Origin: an uncultured cyanobacterium
GTDB taxonomy: Bacteria > Cyanobacteriota > Cyanobacteriia > Cyanobacteriales > Cyanobacteriaceae
NCBI GenBank assembly: GCA_963710605.1
Contig: CAVQBA010000004.1
Coordinates: forward strand, 64,001-128,000
Direction: 5' to 3'
DNA length: 64,000 bases
Below, piece by piece: positions 54,552 to 64,000 of this stretch (its first letter is position 1; each line of letters opens with the position of its first letter). The position numbers and the translations under genes are program-made. Under the pieces are notes generated by a model that worked only from the letters and a program-made list of their open reading frames with translations, ran no database searches and was not told where the DNA came from.

Positions 54552-56309
54552 TTATCCAACAGTAGATAATTCCTCAGTTTCTTGAGGTGAAGCAATGCTA
54601 TTACCGACGGTTGAAGGATCTTCTAAGCCAACATCACTACAAAGAGGATCGATTCCTAAACCATTACGAAGATATCCTTCGCAGAATTCTTGGTATTCAT
54701 CAATATAAGCAAATAATTGCTCTTGAGTCATGGTATTAAGATAACCACATTGACCAATTTCTCCTTGAGGTAAAGGTGCGGCTAAGTTTTGACCACGTTT
54801 TTCAACGATTTTAACTTGAGCTGACCATACTGTTTCTTTGTTTAATAAAATGTCGTGCCATAAACTTAAACCAAAAGTACTGATTAAGTTCATAATTCGA
54901 TCGCAATCTTCTTTACTAATCCAATCCAAACGATAACTTAAATAGGCACCAAAGCCCATACCGATAGCCACAGCATGACCATGTAATAAACCTGCTTCAA
55001 TTTCAAAACCAGGAGACCAAGTATGTCCGTAAGCATGAGGACGACATTGGTGAGTTTCGTAAAGGTTGTCATATTCAGAAGCGACATAACTACGTAAAGC
55101 AAAAGCCAAAATTCTTTGGGAAAGTTGATTGATTTCGTCTTCTGGTTCACAGTTGATTGTACCAAAGGCTGTATTAACAATCTCAAGTCCACCTTTTTCC
55201 AGACAGTCAAATAATTCTTTGTCTTTGACTACCGCCATTTTAATCATTTCAGCAATTCCATGGCGCAACCAACCTGTACGTAAGGTTTTGAAGAAATGAC
55301 GATCGGTAATTGAGACAACAGGAGGGTGATAAGCACCAAATAAGTTTTTGTAACCAAAACCATCGCAACAAGTACGAGGAGAGGGACCCGCATCAATACC
55401 TGCAACGATCGAAGTCGATAGCATTGCATAAGGAGTATTACGGTGATATAAAGCACAAGCAAGTCCGCCTGTATCTGTTAAAACACCACCACCGACGATT
55501 AAAACAGGTTCGTTACGAGAAACACCTAAGCGTTTAAAGTCACCTAACATTCTTTCAACGGTAGAGATACCTTTATCTACTTCCATTGCTCGATAAACTA
55601 ATTTATCTAGTTTAATATTATGATATTCAAAATAATGTTCGATTTGTTCACCAAAATAGCCTTCTACGTTTTGGTCAACCAAACAAACACAACGCCCGAT
55701 GGGAAGGTACATATCCTTCAATATAGGCTGTTCTGGGTCAAGACAGTTATCAATGAGTTTTACTGAAGTAAAGGTACTAGAACTCATTACTGCTTGAATA
55801 TTGGTATAATCTTCGTTACTTTCGACAAATCCACGACTCTCACGGTAACTTGAAGTTGGATAAATAGCGTGAGGATGTTCAATTACTAATTTGTCAGCTA
55901 ATTCTTGATAATATTCTCCTTTCTCACCCTTGATTAAATTATCTAAAAGTTTTGTTTTAGCGATTGACGATCGGTGAACTCGATTAGCAAATGTGTACCA
56001 TTCATCTCCTACTTCCTTGTCAAAGGCACAAATAAGCTCACATAAAGTGGCGAAAAAACTACTAATGGTGAAATTTAAACAACTCCTTAAACTGCGACAA
56101 GCAGATATACCCTCGATCGCATTCTCTACTGCGAATTCCTTGCCAAGCTCCTCGGAAAATGCAGGGCTATTAATCAGTGCAATCAGTAAGTTTTTCAAAT
56201 TGTCACTACTACTAATTGCGTTGACAGCTTTCTTTAAATCCTGAAATTTTAAAGTTTCACTATCATGCGCCTGGATAAAAGCTCTAATCGCTGATGTGGT
56301 CTTTGTCAT
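54552..56309 (-). CDS. Sedoheptulose 7-phosphate cyclase, DDGS/MysA-like, with long N-terminal extension
   Basis: 585 aa; GGGVLTDTGG, AGIDAG, KNLFGAYHPP, AEMIKMA, YVASEYDNLYETHQCRPHAYGHTWSPGFE, LLHGHAV. Confidence 0.85.
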   Translation of the reverse strand: MTKTTSAIRAFIQAHDSETLKFQDLKKAVNAISSSDNLKNLLIALINSPAFSEELGKEFAVENAIEGISACRSLRSCLNFTISSFFATLCELICAFDKEVGDEWYTFANRVHRSSIAKTKLLDNLIKGEKGEYYQELADKLVIEHPHAIYPTSSYRESRGFVESNEDYTNIQAVMSSSTFTSVKLIDNCLDPEQPILKDMYLPIGRCVCLVDQNVEGYFGEQIEHYFEYHNIKLDKLVYRAMEVDKGISTVERMLGDFKRLGVSRNEPVLIVGGGVLTDTGGLACALYHRNTPYAMLSTSIVAGIDAGPSPRTCCDGFGYKNLFGAYHPPVVSITDRHFFKTLRTGWLRHGIAEMIKMAVVKDKELFDCLEKGGLEIVNTAFGTINCEPEDEINQLSQRILAFALRSYVASEYDNLYETHQCRPHAYGHTWSPGFEIEAGLLHGHAVAIGMGFGAYLSYRLDWISKEDCDRIMNLISTFGLSLWHDILLNKETVWSAQVKIVEKRGQNLAAPLPQGEIGQCGYLNTMTQEQLFAYIDEYQEFCEGYLRNGLGIDPLCSDVGLEDPSTVGNSIASPQETEELSTVG

Positions 56310-56916
56310 TAGTATTCTTAATCCGAGTAATTTTTATTCTATGTTGCAATTATTATATCAATTTATGTTGAGAATTGTAACATTTATCACAGTTTTCTGA
56401 ATAAATATGTAGAAAATAGATATAAAGTGCTATATTTGCTAATTTTTCTCTCTAAATTTAATAATTATACATATAGTACATAGTATAACAAAAGAATAGT
56501 TAATAATTAATTCTCCATTGATATCCTTTACAACATATGCTAATAAATGATTTGGTATATATAGTATTGATGGAGTTGAAGCAGGTAGTAATATTGGTAT
56601 TATCTCTAATCCATTAGGAGATAATCTAGTTAATAATGTATCGTTTATCACTCAAATCTATTCCACTCAAATCCATCCCCGAAAAATCAGAAAAACTTAA
56701 ATTTCTTTATCCATCAGAATAGATTCTGATTAAATTTTCTTTAGTGAAATTAACCATGGCTAAAACTCTCTAATTATTAACCAACTCAATAAAGAAATAG
56801 AAACCACTTTTTTTGTCACAGCTATTGAGGCAGGAAATAACAGCTTTATTTCTAGCTGGTCAGTAGAACAAAATAACCAGCTTCGTAGCTAGTTTTATTA
56901 TTTGTTATTATTTAAA

Positions 56917-56988
56917 CTCCCCGAGTAGGATTCGAACCTACGACCGATCGGTTAACAGCCGATTGCTCTACCACTGAGCTATCGAGGA
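56917..56988 (-). tRNA. trnN: tRNA-Asn (GTT)
   Basis: TCCTCGATAGCTCAGTGGTAGAGCAATCGGCT-GTT-AACCGATCGGTCGTAGGTTCGAATCCTACTCGGGGAG; 72 nt cloverleaf, CCA not encoded. Confidence 0.98.
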
Positions 56989-57118
56989 AAGTTGTTTAAC
57001 ACTATTACTTATTATAGCGATGCTTTTTTAAAAATGCAAGGGTAAAATTAAAAATTATTTAATTTAATTAATCTTAATAAGTTGCGAGGGATATTCTCCC
57101 CCTCAAAACTATTAATAA

Positions 57119-58723
57119 TTACAAACTAAAACCAATACCTAAACGAGCCGCTAAACTAGGAGTTATGGGAATAATGGTAATCAAAGCCAAAAGTAGTAAA
57201 AGTAATCCTAAGCCGGCACGAGTGTCGTTTGGCTCGGTTAATTCGTTTAAACTAGGACGCTCTAAGTCTCTTTGTAAGAATAAAATTACGATCGCCCAGT
57301 AAAAGACTAAAGAATTAATCGGGTTAAATAAACTAACTAAAGCAAGTATAACTAAAGTACCAATAGTAGTTCGCCGACAAGTCTTTCTCCCAAAAATAGC
57401 TTGAACTATTCTACCTCCATCTAATTGCCCCGCAGGTAACAAGTTAATGGCTGTAATTACCAAACCTAACCAACCCAAAATTGCTAAAGGGTGAATTGAG
57501 GTTAATTGTGCTTCTAAATTAGATTGTAAAAATAACTTAGCTAAAATACCCACCAAAATTGAACCTTGAAAAAAATTAGTTGGTATTTCTAAACCCGTCG
57601 CTGTTGTTGAAAGATTTAAACCTAAAAACAACATAAATAGGGAGAAAACAAAGCCTGTAGCTGGTCCTGCAAAGGCGATATCGAACAATACACTACGGTT
57701 AGGAATCAATGATTCAAAACGAGTTATCGCCCCAAAACTACCAATCTGAATCGAAGGTAAGAAAAAAGGTAAACTTATTTTAACATTGTTTTTTGCCCCC
57801 ACTACTCGGTGAGCAATTTCATGGGCGATTAAAATAATCCATAAACCCGTGACTAATGGTAATACTTCAGGATAACGATTCCATTGTCCGACTAAATCAA
57901 AGCCTAACAATAAAGCGATCGCTTCACAAGTAGTAAAAATAGTTGATAAGAATAAAACTAAAGCTAAGTTTTTTTGAGCTAAAGTTAAAGGCTGAGGATC
58001 ATTTTTACTAGGTAAAACAATCACAACAGGTTTTTCTTCTGGAGTTTCGACTAAAAATAAACGATATTTTTCCGCCATTTTAGCGGTTAATCTTTCGGTT
58101 AAGTGTTGATGAGTATATTCAGCATCTCCCCGTAAATTACCTTTAAAAATAACTCCTTCTTGATAAGGAATAGTTTCGGTTGCAAAAAAAGTATCAATCC
58201 CAAAAATAGTTTTAATTTGGCTAACATCCTCATCAGGAATCTTGACAAAATCTTCAGGTAATTGCCCTACGGTAACTGAAAAAATCTTTTTATTTTGATT
58301 ATCTTCGGGTGTTACGTTTTGATTTTCACTCGTCGTCGTTTTTTCTAATTGATTATCGGTTGAAGTTTCCTTATTTAGGTTGACTGGTTTTTCTGATTCT
58401 TCGATCGCTTTTTTAGCTAAATCAGTAATTGTTTGCGAGTTACCAATTTTGTCTTGAGCTTTTTGCCTAATTAGGTTGCCGATATAGATATAAAAAGTGG
58501 CTGAAATGACAAGTAAAGCGACGACACCGATTAGATTAATATAAATCCCCGTCACCAGAAGGGCAAAAAAGACAAACCAAGGTGTCATTAAGGTTAGAGA
58601 CTGTAACCAAGCTAAGATACCTATCTCACCGTAGGGTTTAGCTCGGTTGTAACCGAAAACTACTATCAAAACTGCGATCGTACACACAGCTAAGATAGGG
58701 ATATTGTTGGATAGATTTACCAT
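57119..58723 (-). CDS. Site-2 (M50) membrane metalloprotease, EGY-like
   Basis: 534 aa; HEIAH, FDIAFAGP, NLLPAGQLDGGRI. Confidence 0.93.
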   Translation of the reverse strand: MVNLSNNIPILAVCTIAVLIVVFGYNRAKPYGEIGILAWLQSLTLMTPWFVFFALLVTGIYINLIGVVALLVISATFYIYIGNLIRQKAQDKIGNSQTITDLAKKAIEESEKPVNLNKETSTDNQLEKTTTSENQNVTPEDNQNKKIFSVTVGQLPEDFVKIPDEDVSQIKTIFGIDTFFATETIPYQEGVIFKGNLRGDAEYTHQHLTERLTAKMAEKYRLFLVETPEEKPVVIVLPSKNDPQPLTLAQKNLALVLFLSTIFTTCEAIALLLGFDLVGQWNRYPEVLPLVTGLWIILIAHEIAHRVVGAKNNVKISLPFFLPSIQIGSFGAITRFESLIPNRSVLFDIAFAGPATGFVFSLFMLFLGLNLSTTATGLEIPTNFFQGSILVGILAKLFLQSNLEAQLTSIHPLAILGWLGLVITAINLLPAGQLDGGRIVQAIFGRKTCRRTTIGTLVILALVSLFNPINSLVFYWAIVILFLQRDLERPSLNELTEPNDTRAGLGLLLLLLALITIIPITPSLAARLGIGFSL

Positions 58724-58770
58724 CTTAGTTATAAAAAATTTTAGTAATAAAAGTGCTGTTGATGATTTGT

Positions 58771-59676
58771 TTATTCAGCTAAAGCCCGACGTAAATCACC
58801 GTCATTTTTTTCTAACAGGATTTGAGCTTCGTCTTTATTTTTCTGACTCCAGTGCATCAATAATGCTAATTTTACCTTAGATCCACTAGCGGATAACAGA
58901 GCTGATGCTTTTTCCCGATCTAAATCGGTTAAATCGCTCACAATTCTTAATGCTCTATCTTCTAATTTACTATTTGTCACAGACACATCTATCATCCGAT
59001 TGCCATATACTTTACCTAATTTTACCATTACCCCTGTGGAGATAATATTTAACGCCATCTTGGTTACTGTACCAGCTTTTAGACGTGTTGATCCTGCTAG
59101 TATTTCTGCTCCTGTCAGTAAACGGATATCAATATCAGCTTCGATGGGTACTTGCTCGGCTGGTACACAACTCATAGCGACGGTGGTAGCACCATTTTCT
59201 TTTGCTTGTCTTAATGCCCCATGTACGTAAGGAGTTGTCCCTCCTGCTGTAATACCTATAACTACATCGAATTGATTAATCTGATTTTCTCTGATTATTT
59301 TTGCTCCGTCTTCGGGTAAGTCTTCTAGTGCCTCGGAGCTTTTTACTAAAGCTTTTGCTCCTCCTGCTAATATGCCTTGTACCATCTCAGGAGGACTACA
59401 GAAGGTGGGGGGACATTCAGCCGCATCTAGTACTCCTAAACGTCCGCTAGTACCCGCTCCGATATAAAACAATCGACCACCTTGCTTAATTCCGTTAGCG
59501 GTTGCTTCGATCGTTTTTGCTATTTCTTCTCTAGCAGAGGCGATCGCTTCGATCGTTTTGTAGTCTTCTTGATTAAATAAATCAACGATTTCAAGAGAAG
59601 AAAGTTGATCTAAATTGGCACTGTTACTATTAATTTGTTCGGTTAAAAGATGTCCTCGGTTTGTAGAAGAAGGCAT
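58771..59676 (-). CDS. murQ: N-acetylmuramic acid 6-phosphate etherase
   Basis: GAGTSGRLGVLDAAECPPTF, GSTRLKAGT, GKVYGNRMIDV. Confidence 0.97.
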   Translation of the reverse strand: MPSSTNRGHLLTEQINSNSANLDQLSSLEIVDLFNQEDYKTIEAIASAREEIAKTIEATANGIKQGGRLFYIGAGTSGRLGVLDAAECPPTFCSPPEMVQGILAGGAKALVKSSEALEDLPEDGAKIIRENQINQFDVVIGITAGGTTPYVHGALRQAKENGATTVAMSCVPAEQVPIEADIDIRLLTGAEILAGSTRLKAGTVTKMALNIISTGVMVKLGKVYGNRMIDVSVTNSKLEDRALRIVSDLTDLDREKASALLSASGSKVKLALLMHWSQKNKDEAQILLEKNDGDLRRALAE

Positions 59677-59941
59677 AATAATTTGGTTAATACAAAATGA
59701 AAGTTATTTTCTTTTACCATATAAGTTAATGTTTTATCGATCGAGTGTTAAAAATAAATAAACAACGAATGAAAGAAATAATACTATCATTGGTAGAATT
59801 TATAGTTTTTTTAAATACTTATTTCCGTCCTATATTTTAGAAATAATTTAATCAATATCTCGTAATTAGTTTTAACCTATTTGCATCAAAAAAGTATCGG
59901 GGAATAATATATTATTAACTCATCCATTAAAATAAATACTT

Positions 59942-61996
59942 ATGAAAGCGAGTGAAAATAAGGTAGAAGAATTCTTATCATTAAATAAGACGCAGTTTGT
60001 AATTCCTATATATCAAAGAAATTATGATTGGTCAAAAACTGAATGTAAAAAACTTTTGGACGATATATTAGAAGTTAGTACTAGTGAACAAACAAGCCCT
60101 CACTTTATTGGAAGTATTGTTTACGTTCATGATAGTGCTTATACTACCCAAAGGATCAAAGAATTTGTTGTTATTGATGGGCAACAAAGATTAACAACTT
60201 TAACCTTAATTTATTTAGTTCTATACAGACTAGCAAAAGAACTAAATGACGAAAATCTTGTTGATGAAATCGCCGAAACATATTTAATTAATAAATTTGC
60301 TACCGAAACAGATAACCTCAAATTACATCTGACAGAGAATAATGATAAAGCTTTAAAATACCTTTTTAGAAGTGACACAAAAGAAGAGTTTTCAGACTTT
60401 TCTAAGTTGATTGATAATTTTAATTATTTTAAAGGGCGAATTACAGAAGAAAATTATCAACTTGTTCAAAAAGGATTGTCTCAATTGATGTTTGTTGAAA
60501 TATCATTAGATAAAGACAAAGATAATCCACAAAGGATTTTTGAAAGTCTTAATTCAACGGGGTTAGAACTTTCACAAGCCGATTTAATACGTAACTATAT
60601 CCTAATGGGTTTAAACCGTAAAGATATAGGTATAATTTATCGAGATTATTGGGAAATTATTGAAAAACTAGCTCAAGATGAAACTAAAAATGTCACTAAA
60701 TTATCTGATTTTATCAGAGACTATTTAACCCTAGAAAATAAAAGTATCCCAACGAAGAAGAAAGTTTATGAAACATTTAAAGCTAAATATCCTCAACCTT
60801 CGATGGAGGAACTTGAATCTAATTTATCTAAAATTAAAAATTTAGCAAAGTATTATAACAAACTGATTAATTTCACAAAGGAAAATGACGAAGATATTCG
60901 TTTTCAACTGCAAAATATTAATCGTCTTGAAATCAACGTAGCTTATCCTTTTTTGATGCAAGTTTATGATGATTACGCTAATTCAATTATTGATAAATCA
61001 ACATTTATCGAAATTTTAGAATTAATTCAGTCATTCACTTGGCGTAGATTTATCGTCGGATTAGGAACAAATTCACTTAACAAAGTTTTTATGAATTTGT
61101 ACGATAAAGTTGATTCTTCAAACTATTTGTTTTCTATTCAAAAATCTTTATTAGAAAAATCTGTAACTCAAAGATTTCCCAAAGATGCAGAAGTGGTGGA
61201 TGCTTTAAAAGTAAAAGATGTTTATAACATTCAATCCAAAAATAAAGTTTACTTACTTGAAAGACTAGAAAATTACGACAACAACGAACTAGTTTCAATT
61301 ATTGATAACCCTAAAATTACTGTCGAACATATTTTTCCTCAAAATCCAAATAGACAATGGAAAATAGATTTAGAAGAAAGTGAATATATTTATATCAAAG
61401 ATAACTACTTACATACGATTGCAAATCTGACGCTATCAGGAAATAATGGAAAACTAGGAAACAAATCTTTTTTAGAAAAAAGAGATCTTAAATCTGTAGG
61501 ATATAAAGACAGTCGATTATGGTTAAATAAATATTTATCTCAAGTTGAAAAATGGGATTGAGAAGAAATTGAAAAACGTTTTGAACATATAGCTAAAAGA
61601 TTTTTGCAAATATGGAGTTATCCTGATATTTCTATTGAAGAGGAAGTTGAAAATCAAGAAGTGAATATTTTTGAAGCACAAGATCCTACAAACAAAAAAC
61701 TAGAATACGCTATTTTTCTCGATCGTAAAATTGAAGTTAATCAGGTATCTCAACTTTATCTAGAAGTACTCAAACAACTTTTTGAATTGCGACCTGAAAC
61801 ATTTTTTACAACAGACTTAGCAGAAAGAGTAAGATTAACCAAAAATCCGAAAGAAGTTAATTTAAGAAAGGCACATCCGATTAATGATACTTATTTTGTT
61901 GAAGTAAATTTGGATAGTGTAGGTAAATTTGACAGAATTAAACAAGCTTTGGAAATTTTTGATTTTGAAGATGAGCTTATTATTAAATATGCTTAA
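59942..61996 (+). CDS. GmrSD-type (DUF262 + DUF1524/HNH) nuclease with in-frame TGA at 61559-61561
   Basis: IPIYQRNYDW, IDGQQRLTT, FESLNSTG, TVEHIFPQ, NLTL..N..LGN; ORF 61604 is in the same frame. Confidence 0.88.
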
Positions 61997-62048
61997 AAAT
62001 ATTTAATCTTATCTCAACAAGTACGTAATTCACTTGCGACTAATAATT

Positions 62049-62083
62049 AAAAAAAAATGGACAACTGTCAAACAATTGCCCAT
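62049..62083 (-). terminator. Intrinsic terminator of crhR
   Basis: Minus strand ATGGGCAATTGT-TTG-ACAGTTGTCCAT followed by a T-run. Confidence 0.8.
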
Positions 62084-62117
62084 CTATAAAAAAATTAAAA
62101 TTTAACGGTTTGAGAAA

Positions 62118-63607
62118 TTAACCTCTTAATTTGATCGATCGATCGAAGTTACCGCCAGAACCACCTTTTTTGTAAGGTTTACGACTACTACCGTTACGTG
62201 AAGAGTATTTGCGTCCGCCTCCACCAGAGTATTTTCTGCCTCTGCCTCTGCCGCCGCCTAGATCTGGCTTATTAGAAGCAGGAGGTGGTACTTCCCAATC
62301 TTCTTGTAACCATGCAGGACAGTTTTGATCATAAAGAATTTGTAACGCCGCCGCCGCTATAGTGGCAGGATCGTATTCTTCTTGCAAATTTTTGACCATT
62401 GGTAAGAAGGATGCTAGTCTTTCTCCTACTAAAGAGCCTTTAATTTGGGTGGTGAGTTTTTCCATCCGTTTGGCTTCTACTACCGAACGGTTAGGAATGG
62501 TTTCTACAGGAATAGTTTGACGTACACGACGCTCAATTTGGCGTAATAAACGACGATCGCTAGGTTCTACTAAGGCGATCGCTTTACCGTCTTTTCCTGC
62601 TCTTCCTGTACGTCCGATACGGTGAATATAAGTTTCACTATTATCTGGTAAATCAAAGTTAAAGACGTGAGTCAAGTCAGAAACATCAAGTCCACGAGCG
62701 GCGATGTCTGTTGCTACTACTACTTTAACTTGTCCATCTCGCCAACGTTGAATTAAACGTTCTCGTTGAGATTGACTCAAGTCACCATGATACTCATCAA
62801 CACTATAACCAGATTCTTGTAATTTACTGGTTAATTCAGAAGCTGTACGTTTTGTACGTACGAAGACGATCGCACTTTGGGGATTTCTACTTCTAAAATA
62901 GGTTGAATAGATTTAATTTTTGACCAACCACGAGGCACCATATAAACAGTTTGTTCAATACTAGAAGGTGTATCTTGTGGTTTTTCTCCAGTCACGTTAA
63001 CAGGAGAATTCATGAATTCGTTAACTAATTGCTTAATCTCACGAGGCATAGTCGCAGAGAAACAAGTAGTTTGACGAACATCACCAGTTTGAGAAAGAAT
63101 TTCTTTAACATCATCAATAAAACCCATGCTAAGCATTTCATCGGCTTCATCTAAGACGGCGTAACGTAAATCTCTTAAGGATAAATGACCACGATTAAGT
63201 AAATCAATTATTCTTCCTGGTGTACCAACAACCATATGAACGCCTTTTTGTAAGAAGCGAATTTGACGCTCCATAGATTGCCCACCATATACGGTTTGGA
63301 CAAAGATTCGTTGACGCCCGATTAAATCTTTAAGTGCTTGTGCAACTTGTTGTGCTAATTCACGAGTAGGAGTTAAAATCAACGCCTGTACTCTTTTATC
63401 AGATTGATCAATACCATCTAAAATGGGTAAAGAATAAGCGGCAGTTTTACCTGTACCAGTTTGAGATTGCCCCACCACATCTCTTCCGGCTATCAACTCA
63501 GGGATAGCTAATGTTTGTATTTTTGTGGGAGTATCAAAACCAATTGTTTCTAATTGGTTAACTAAATTTTCTGAAAGTCCTAAACTTGCGAAGGAAGTAT
63601 TCGTCAT
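62118..63607 (-). CDS. crhR: DEAD-box RNA helicase CrhR (frameshift near 62880)
   Basis: SQTGTGKT, PTRELA, TPGR, DEAD, SAT, ARGLD, HRIGRTGR; probable start MTNTSFASLGL at 63607; downstream of rimO. Confidence 0.92.
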
Positions 63608-63926
63608 CTGTAATGATTTTATGTGATTTGTGGATTGAAATTGTCTCGGCAGATGAATGGAGAAACAATTCATGTGAAGCAAAACTGAGACGGTAAGGTA
63701 AAAAGCAGATGATTCGCAACTGAATTAACGGTACAAAATATGATAGCGTAACTACACTATGTAATTAGTCCTTACCTTTGAGTTGTCACTCCTTATGAAG
63801 CTATTCCTTGAAAACAAAAAATAGTAAAAAGTTAACTTTATTTAAGCGATTTAGTTACCTACATCCTCAACATAATAATATTGATTGTTAGATGGAGGAT
63901 TGGCTCAAAAAGATTTTATTCTTTTA

Positions 63927-64000
63927 CTAATTTGTTTCAATTTCACCGTAGAGATCATAGACATCGGCTGAGGTTATTCTGACTGATGTTATTGAACCTA
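63927..64000 (-). CDS. rimO: Ribosomal protein S12 methylthiotransferase RimO, 3' end only
   Basis: Reads GSITSVRITSADVYDLYGEIETN*, matching the RimO TRAM-domain end; rimO-crhR order is known in Synechocystis. Confidence 0.75.
   Translation of the reverse strand, partial: GSITSVRITSADVYDLYGEIETN

Noticed and set aside
54552-56309. Annotation as shikimate-pathway aroB
   Set aside because: Length and the QCRPHAYGHTWSP signature fit sedoheptulose-7-phosphate cyclases rather than the LN.GHT.GH pattern of AroB
56439-56651. 70-aa ORF upstream of the cyclase
   Set aside because: AT-rich, GTG start, no motif; cannot be supported, though it may be a gene remnant
53080-56917. tRNA-Asn-integrated island carrying the cyclase
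   Set aside because: No integrase and no convincing duplicate of the tRNA 3' end at the far boundary
6041-63607. Widespread pseudogenisation or programmed frameshifting (SLH gene, flippase, sulfotransferases, cysC, icd, TPR gene, crhR)
   Set aside because: Breaks are small indels, often near homopolymers, and hit conserved genes whose two halves are otherwise intact; uncorrected long-read error is the simpler explanation. Needs read polishing to confirm.
63608-63682. N-terminal extension of CrhR in the ORF track
   Set aside because: Helicase homology begins at MTNTSFASLGL; the upstream sequence is better read as 5' leader

Overview
AT-rich cyanobacterial chromosome segment (GUN4, psbP/cyanoP, hemJ, rimO-crhR, dense CGATCG/HIP1-type palindromes; a unicellular Geminocystis/Cyanobacterium-like host is an inference). 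Housekeeping genes (mutS, cysC, maf, icd, murQ, tRNA-Asn, M50 protease) alternate with accessory blocks: (1) a toxin-antitoxin array at 3.9-6.6 kb built around three copies of a DUF1902/HicB-like gene; (2) a 14-kb putative sulfated-polysaccharide locus (flippase, three sulfotransferases, GT61, 2OG-Fe(II) oxygenase, Wzy/WaaL-like protein, two paralogous glycoside-hydrolase-like proteins); (3) the best candidate for an undescribed system, at 26.8-41.1 kb: eight co-oriented, very acidic helical proteins that appear to be a four-gene unit present twice (A-B-C-D then A'-B'-C'-D', with B' carrying a hydrophobic N-terminus and a long flexible linker), divergent from a sigma-70-like factor, a DUF1822 protein and a membrane-anchored CHAT protease whose C-terminal tail resembles subunit D; (4) a P-loop ATPase + TPR pair; (5) an N-terminally extended sedoheptulose-7-phosphate cyclase (MysA/DDGS-like) next to a GT-A-like gene instead of mysBC; (6) a GmrSD-type nuclease with an in-frame TGA. 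Many genes, including conserved ones, are split by small frameshifts, most likely long-read assembly errors, so split ORFs are merged below. All family calls are from motif recognition by eye; no searches were run.
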